The translations under genes and the position numbers were made by a program. Below, in pieces: positions 7,018 to 12,952 of a DNA stretch of 16,057 bases. Origin of the DNA: an uncultured bacterium (lineage in GTDB: Bacteria > CAIJMQ01); contig CAZNJA010000031.1 in NCBI GenBank assembly GCA_964573245.1, positions 1-16,057 on the forward strand, in the 5' to 3' direction. The notes beneath the pieces are model-generated. The model saw only the letters and a list, made by a program, of their open reading frames with translations. It made no database searches and was not told where the DNA came from. How positions within the stretch are numbered: position 1 is the first letter of the stretch; every line of letters begins with the position of its first letter.

Positions 7018-9996
7018 TCATTTTTGACAGAAACTTTCGGGAGGGCCTAAATAACTCAGGTCTACATCACCTGTTTCAATTACAATTTTCTGCAAAACTA
7101 TGCCCGGGTCAACGAACCAGAATTTCAGGACATGTTCACCCGGCTCTTTGATTTTATGGTTCGAAACCGCTATTTTAATACTATCACTTACCATCTGACT
7201 CCACCACCAAGCATATTTCCAGTCAGGCACGGTATTGTTTTCGTGAATGTTGATAATTTGAGGCAGTTCGTCATCAAACGAAATCCCGTAACGCAGTCCC
7301 TGTGTTTTGTTAAAATTTTGAACAGGTGACATATACGCATTAACTTTTACTTCACCGTTAGTAAAAAAATTAATAGTGTATTCCAGTCGTGAGCTATCGC
7401 CCTGCGGTGTTTGACTTTTTGCCGTCACCGGGACAGGAGTCACGCCTGAAAGTGTTCGACCTAAATCCGGAATCGTGAGCCATTCAACCGGCTCGGCATT
7501 GACCGTATGGGTATAATGTTCAGCCTCGATGGAAACATAACCGTTGCTCTCAACGAAACCCTTTAAAGAATTTCTTGTCGGTGTTCCGGGATTGAATGCA
7601 TTGACTTTAACGCTCACTTCTTTTCCGTCAGGGCCGGTAATAACAACAGAACCGCTCTTATTGCCCATAGGCACACTGCCCCATTCGGCACTAACCAAAA
7701 TGCGCAACTCCTTGTCAACCGTGCCTTGTGTTTTGCTCAGCTTAATCCAGGGTTCGCTCGATTTCGCCTTGAATTCAAACGGTTCTTGTCCACGATTAAA
7801 CACCTCGATGTACTTATCCTTCCGGTCGAAAACGTTCATCTCCGGCAGAACCGGCTGCTTTGAAGCACCGGGCCAAACCTGCTGCGAACCTTCAATCGCC
7901 ACACCCATATCCGCAGTACTGGGAACTTCGATATTGTTGACTTCGGGCATATTATTTTTGGGGGGAGGATTCCAGGATGTAAAGCCAATATGCGTTGCAC
8001 CCATTATATGGTTCCATTTCCCGTCTGCAAGTTTGTGATAATGTTCGGTGATTTCAGAATCTTTCGCAAATAACTCTATGACTTTCTGCGCCAAATCATT
8101 AGTCGCAGCGCGTCCCTGTTTTGCATAGAGGTGGTTCTTTCCAAGGGTCACATAAAGTTCATTTAGATTGGCACATGCCGAAACGGGATGCAGCACAAGC
8201 TGAAAAAAGGCGTCCTTGTATTCGGCAGGAAGAGCTTTATTAATCTGCTCTGCCTGTTCCAAGAGTTTATTGTAATCGGCCACAACTGTTTCTGCCTCGC
8301 GGTAATTTACCAAACTGTAGGTGTCAGGCTCCAACATAGCGGGTTTGCGGCGGCCGTTATATTTTGTGTATTTGGTGAGGATGTCTGCGATATCTGCAGC
8401 ATACTTCGAGCCAAACTGCTGCTGAGCCCACAATCGTGTATATTCCGGCAGACGTTCAGCAGGCCATTCGTCGGGATTCAATGCATAATCCAGAAAGAAA
8501 GAGATTGGAAACTCCATCGGTTTAAGGTCGCCGACGTTCACAATCCAGATTTTATCTGCTCCGTAACGATAAGCCAGATGCATCTGCTCCCATGTTTTTT
8601 GTATGGGGCTGGTATTGAGCCATTCGTATGAGCGGGGTCCGCCATGGAAATCGTAATGATAATATATACCATAGCCGCCAGACCGGGGCGGGTCACCCGG
8701 CTTGGGAAGCATTCGGATATTTCCCCAGTTGTCGTCGCACAATAACAAAGTAACATCATCAGGCACACGCATACCCTTATCATAATATTCCTGCACCTCT
8801 TTATATAAAGCCCATACCTGCGGGATAGTTGCTACATCCTTGCCGGTAACATCGCCGATAATTTTACGCTGGTCGACCACGATTTTTTCAAGCAGTGATA
8901 TATTCGTATCTTCGCTCATACCGATATCACCGTCGCCGCGCATAGCAAGGGTGATTATGTTCTCGTAATCTTTGTTGCGTTCGATACCCTTAGTCCAGAA
9001 CTCGCGAAGGACCTCTTCGTTTTTAGAATAATCCCACGGGCCTTCTCCATATCGTTTCCATTCTCTATGTGCCCTAATCATCGGTTCATGATGAGAAGTG
9101 CTCATTACAATTCCATATTCATCGGCAAGCTTCGGGTTGAGGGGGTCGTCGTCGCTAAATGCACTGCTCCACATCGCAGGCCAAAGGAAGTTGCCCTTTA
9201 ACCGAAGCAGGAGTTCAAAAACCTTGACATAGAATTCATGGTTGAAGCCCCCGAATTTTTCCACGACCCAGCCACCTAATGACGGCCATTCATCGTTTAG
9301 AAAGATGCCGCGATATTTAACAGCCGGCGGTCCCTGAACATATCTTCCGGCCTTTATGTAAAGATTGTCCTCATGCTCTACCGGCACATCCGCCCACCAG
9401 TACCAGGGTGATACCCCAATCTGCTCGGAAAGGTCGTAGATGCCGTAAATTGTCCCCCGTTTATCACTGCCGGCAATAACAAGAGCATTCTTAACTCCAG
9501 GCAATGGGTTCGGAACAACCTGAATGAGAAACGATTCCCATTTTCCCGCAATTTGCTCCACGTTAATTTTGCCGTTACGGATCAATTTATCAATTATCCG
9601 GTTTTTTCCTATCGTGCCTATGATTACGACATTTTTCCTAAGTTTGTTTTTTCTCCGTATAATTAGAGGAGTACGGCCTGTTACACGATGTATATCCGAC
9701 TGCAGGTTTCGGACAGCGCGGGTAACACCGGGATAGTCGCCTGAACCAACATAAATAACTGCAAGGTAATTCCTCTTTACAAGTTGAAAACTTCCTTCAC
9801 TATAAACGGTATCTACATAATGTTGACTGTCAATAGACAAAATTTCACGTTGCTCCTCGCACTGCGCGCAAGAAGAAAGAGTTAAAATAGAAATGCAAAA
9901 TAAAATTATTAGGTTAATTTTATTGGAACTTGCTAACTGCATGTGCTTCCCGAATAGTTTAGAAAGATACATCTGAATGAATGTGTTTCCTATCAT
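7018..9996 (-). CDS. Glycoside hydrolase family 115 (alpha-(4-O-methyl)-glucuronidase-like), exported, possibly a lipoprotein
   Basis: YRGIFLNDE, WPAMW, SHHEPM, MRGDGD, ALYKEVQ, DDNWGNIR, GGYGIYYH, IVNVGDLKP and C-terminal SYLGPPES. A hydrophobic signal region ends LSSC. The start is 9996 (ATGA overlap with dctM) or 9942. Confidence 0.93.
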   Translation of the reverse strand: MIGNTFIQMYLSKLFGKHMQLASSNKINLIILFCISILTLSSCAQCEEQREILSIDSQHYVDTVYSEGSFQLVKRNYLAVIYVGSGDYPGVTRAVRNLQSDIHRVTGRTPLIIRRKNKLRKNVVIIGTIGKNRIIDKLIRNGKINVEQIAGKWESFLIQVVPNPLPGVKNALVIAGSDKRGTIYGIYDLSEQIGVSPWYWWADVPVEHEDNLYIKAGRYVQGPPAVKYRGIFLNDEWPSLGGWVVEKFGGFNHEFYVKVFELLLRLKGNFLWPAMWSSAFSDDDPLNPKLADEYGIVMSTSHHEPMIRAHREWKRYGEGPWDYSKNEEVLREFWTKGIERNKDYENIITLAMRGDGDIGMSEDTNISLLEKIVVDQRKIIGDVTGKDVATIPQVWALYKEVQEYYDKGMRVPDDVTLLLCDDNWGNIRMLPKPGDPPRSGGYGIYYHYDFHGGPRSYEWLNTSPIQKTWEQMHLAYRYGADKIWIVNVGDLKPMEFPISFFLDYALNPDEWPAERLPEYTRLWAQQQFGSKYAADIADILTKYTKYNGRRKPAMLEPDTYSLVNYREAETVVADYNKLLEQAEQINKALPAEYKDAFFQLVLHPVSACANLNELYVTLGKNHLYAKQGRAATNDLAQKVIELFAKDSEITEHYHKLADGKWNHIMGATHIGFTSWNPPPKNNMPEVNNIEVPSTADMGVAIEGSQQVWPGASKQPVLPEMNVFDRKDKYIEVFNRGQEPFEFKAKSSEPWIKLSKTQGTVDKELRILVSAEWGSVPMGNKSGSVVITGPDGKEVSVKVNAFNPGTPTRNSLKGFVESNGYVSIEAEHYTHTVNAEPVEWLTIPDLGRTLSGVTPVPVTAKSQTPQGDSSRLEYTINFFTNGEVKVNAYMSPVQNFNKTQGLRYGISFDDELPQIINIHENNTVPDWKYAWWWSQMVSDSIKIAVSNHKIKEPGEHVLKFWFVDPGIVLQKIVIETGDVDLSYLGPPESFCQK

Positions 9997-11294
9997 TTAA
10001 CAAGCCCAAATTTTGCCGGAAGCCACATTGATATTTCCGGGACAAAAGTGCAAATTAAAAGTGTAATTATCATGGAAATAAAAAACGGCACAATATAACG
10101 AATCACTTTAGTTACTGTTGTGTTAGCTATACCGCAACCCAAGAAAAGACATGTCCCCACCGGCGGAGTGCACAGCCCTATGCATAAATTCATAATCATA
10201 ATTATGCCGAAATGCAGCGGATGCACGCCTAATCTCACGACAATCGGCAAAAAGATAGGAGTGAATATAAGAATGGCAGGAGTCATATCCATAAATGTTC
10301 CGACTATAAGTAAAATAGCATTAATCATAAGCAAAATGAGAATTTTATTATTTGTAAGGCTCAACAGGCTTGCGCTTATATTTTGAGGGACACTCTGCGA
10401 TGCCAAAACCCATGACATTGCCATGCTTGTTCCTATGAGCAAAAATACAACCGATGTGGTAACGCCGCATTGCAGGAGAATTTTAGGCAAATCTTTTATT
10501 TTTACTTCACGGTACACAATCACAGCTAATAATAACGAGTAGAGAACCGCAACCGCCGAAGCCTCCGTCGGGGTAAACCACCCCATAAGTATTCCGCCTA
10601 TTACGATAAATATCAACAACAGAGGAGGAATTGCATGGAGAAAACATAAAAATCCTTCCTTGAAATTAAAGGTTTCTCCTTTACCGTAATTATTTCTGAC
10701 CGATATCACACCGCTTACAACCATCAATCCAAGCCCCATCAAAATACCCGGAAGATACCCTGCCAAAAACATCGCTGCAATAGAAACCACGCCTCCTGTT
10801 GCAAGAGAATAGACAATCATGATGTTGCTGGGCGGGATTAATAATCCTGTTGTCGCGGCGGTTATTGTTACGGAAGCATTGAAATCCCTGTGATAGCCCA
10901 TCTTGTTCATCAGCGGCACCATAAATCCGCCCACCGCGGATATAGCAGCTCCCGCAGAACCGGATATTGCTCCGAAAAACATACATGTCAAAACATTTAC
11001 AAAAGCCAAACCGCCCCGAAAGCGCCCGACCAAAACATTTGCAAAAGCAATAAGTCGCCGTGCAATGCCGCCATGCCCCATCAACAGTCCCGACAAAATA
11101 AAAAATGGTATAGCCAAAAGCGAAAAACTGTCTATGCCCGTGGCTATATTGTGAGCCACGGTAACAAACGCAGGCAATCCGCCTATAGCCAATATCGCCA
11201 AAACAGTTGAAATGCCTATACAGAATGCCACAGGCACATTCAAAAGAACCAATACAATAAAACTTACTACCAACACCAATATGGGAAATTCCAT
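9993..11294 (-). CDS. dctM: TRAP transporter large permease
   Basis: 433-aa polytopic membrane protein with LLAIPFFIL, FGAISGS, IPPSNIMI, FTPTEA, GVHPLHFG and CTPPVG. Confidence 0.96.
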   Translation of the reverse strand: MEFPILVLVVSFIVLVLLNVPVAFCIGISTVLAILAIGGLPAFVTVAHNIATGIDSFSLLAIPFFILSGLLMGHGGIARRLIAFANVLVGRFRGGLAFVNVLTCMFFGAISGSAGAAISAVGGFMVPLMNKMGYHRDFNASVTITAATTGLLIPPSNIMIVYSLATGGVVSIAAMFLAGYLPGILMGLGLMVVSGVISVRNNYGKGETFNFKEGFLCFLHAIPPLLLIFIVIGGILMGWFTPTEASAVAVLYSLLLAVIVYREVKIKDLPKILLQCGVTTSVVFLLIGTSMAMSWVLASQSVPQNISASLLSLTNNKILILLMINAILLIVGTFMDMTPAILIFTPIFLPIVVRLGVHPLHFGIIMIMNLCIGLCTPPVGTCLFLGCGIANTTVTKVIRYIVPFFISMIITLLICTFVPEISMWLPAKFGLVK

Positions 11295-11334
11295 TAGGAC
11301 ATCCTCTTAAATTTTAATTTTTCAACCTTTTCTA

Positions 11335-11868
11335 TTAATCAATACATTTTTCTACGTGCGGAGATTGTTGTTGTGGAATGGGTTCATTTTTAAGCAGCGC
11401 TACTATCCTTTCAACCAATCCTATCACGGCATAGAGGACCAAAAAGAAACCGCTGATCGGTACTGCAAAATATACATACCCCATCTTGATTCCCAAAGCA
11501 GGCGAAACTTGCCCCAATCTTAATGTGTTTATAACAAGCTCGATACCGCCGAAAACCATAACGGTCAATGAAAACATTGATACGCAAAAAAAAGCAAAAA
11601 TTTCTGTATAAATCCTTTTCTTTGCAGAGAGCTTGCCTACAAAATAATCAATGCCAAGATGTGAGCCGCGATTCAACGCTACAGCCGCGCCTAGAAGAGA
11701 AATCCAGATAAGCATAAAGACAGCCAATTCTTCCGTCCATTTGCTCGGGTTCTTAAGAATAAACCGGGTAAATACCTGCCACAATACATCCAACACCAAC
11801 ACCGCCGCGACTGCCGTAACCAAGAATTCAAGCGAACGGTCTAATATCTTTTTTATTAATCTAAACAC
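11335..11868 (-). CDS. dctQ: TRAP transporter small permease
   Basis: Four hydrophobic segments; QVFTRF, WTEELA, HLGID and SPALGI motifs; GTG start preceded by AGGAGG. Confidence 0.94.
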   Translation of the reverse strand: MFRLIKKILDRSLEFLVTAVAAVLVLDVLWQVFTRFILKNPSKWTEELAVFMLIWISLLGAAVALNRGSHLGIDYFVGKLSAKKRIYTEIFAFFCVSMFSLTVMVFGGIELVINTLRLGQVSPALGIKMGYVYFAVPISGFFLVLYAVIGLVERIVALLKNEPIPQQQSPHVEKCID

Positions 11869-11871
11869 TTA

Positions 11872-12861
11872 TTACTTTACCTCCTGCACATCATTAATTA
11901 ACTCACCGATTTCAGTTCCTTTGAATTCAGCCCACATACTTTTAACCGATTCCTGAAATGGGGCCTTGTCCGGGTATGTTACTTTTACTCCTCCAGACTG
12001 CACCTTTTTTAAATCTGCTTCTTCGGCTTCAGCCCAAATCTTGCGTTGATATACTACGGATTCGTCAACAGCTTCCTGAAGTATTTGCTGAAACTCGGGC
12101 TTAAGATTATTCCATACTTGCGCGCTTATCATCAGGATATCAGGCAGTCTCGCGTGTTCATCTAAGGAATAAAATTTACACACTTCGTAATGTCTTGAAG
12201 TGCTGTATGAAGGCGGATTATTTTCCGCCGCGTCAACAACACCCTGTTCAAGCCCGGTATAAAGTTCGCCCCACGGCATAGGCGTGGGCGAACCTCCCAT
12301 TGCTTCGATCATTTTCATAGACATGGCACTATTCATAACTCTGACTTTCATTCCTTTCAAGTCTGCGGGAGTACTTATTTCTTTCTTTGCATAAAAACTT
12401 CTTGCTCCTGCATCATAGTAGCACAAACCTCTCAAACCCTGGTCCTGTCCCGCGAGAAGCAATTCCTTGCCTATGGGGCCATTCAAAACCTTCCAGTAAT
12501 GTTCGGAATTCCTGAAAAGATAAGGGATCCCAAATATTTTCATGCGAGGCACAAATCCTTCCATAACCGCTGTTGAAGTTTTTGTCATTGCAAGATATCC
12601 AAGTTGCAGAGATTCTATATTTTCTTTTTCCGTACCTAACTGTTCTCCCGGAAATATTTGGATTTCCATACGTCCATCGGATTTGTCTTTGGCTTTATCC
12701 GCCATATAAACCATTGCTTTATGCACGGGATGGGTTACGTCCAAACTATGGGCTAATTTCAACGATACTTCCGGCTTGCCAGCGCCTTTCTTGCCGCAAC
12801 CGGAAGACATTATTAAAACAGGCAACAAAAAACAAAACGATAATACGATTAACTTTTTCAT
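11872..12861 (-). CDS. dctP: TRAP substrate-binding protein, DctP family, probably a lipoprotein, probably uronate-binding
   Basis: LKLAH, QLGTE, DLKGMKVRVM (conserved carboxylate-binding Arg) and ELYTGLEQGVVDAAEN. The signal peptide ends SSGC. The substrate is inferred from the flanking GH115 genes. Confidence 0.94.
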   Translation of the reverse strand: MKKLIVLSFCFLLPVLIMSSGCGKKGAGKPEVSLKLAHSLDVTHPVHKAMVYMADKAKDKSDGRMEIQIFPGEQLGTEKENIESLQLGYLAMTKTSTAVMEGFVPRMKIFGIPYLFRNSEHYWKVLNGPIGKELLLAGQDQGLRGLCYYDAGARSFYAKKEISTPADLKGMKVRVMNSAMSMKMIEAMGGSPTPMPWGELYTGLEQGVVDAAENNPPSYSTSRHYEVCKFYSLDEHARLPDILMISAQVWNNLKPEFQQILQEAVDESVVYQRKIWAEAEEADLKKVQSGGVKVTYPDKAPFQESVKSMWAEFKGTEIGELINDVQEVK

Positions 12862-12870
12862 TTTACTTTT

Positions 12871-12878
12871 ACCTCCTT
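12871..12878 (-). promoter_or_regulatory. Shine-Dalgarno site of dctP
   Basis: AAGGAGGT, 9 nt upstream of the ATG. Confidence 0.8.
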
Positions 12879-12888
12879 TTTTTGTTTA

Positions 12889-12918
12889 ATACTACTATCT
12901 TAATTATAATACTGTCGA
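12889..12918 (-). promoter_or_regulatory. Possible internal promoter for dctPQM
   Basis: TCGACA-N18-TAGTAT in an AT-rich 91-bp spacer; weak match. Confidence 0.2.
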
Positions 12919-12952
12919 TAAATCATAATCTTTAGTTATTTAGTTTTGATTT

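Noticed and set aside
7200-7240. About 6 extra residues (VPDWKY) in the left GH115 relative to the right one
   Set aside because: The DNA is not palindromic and does not resemble the element family; it looks like ordinary loop variation.
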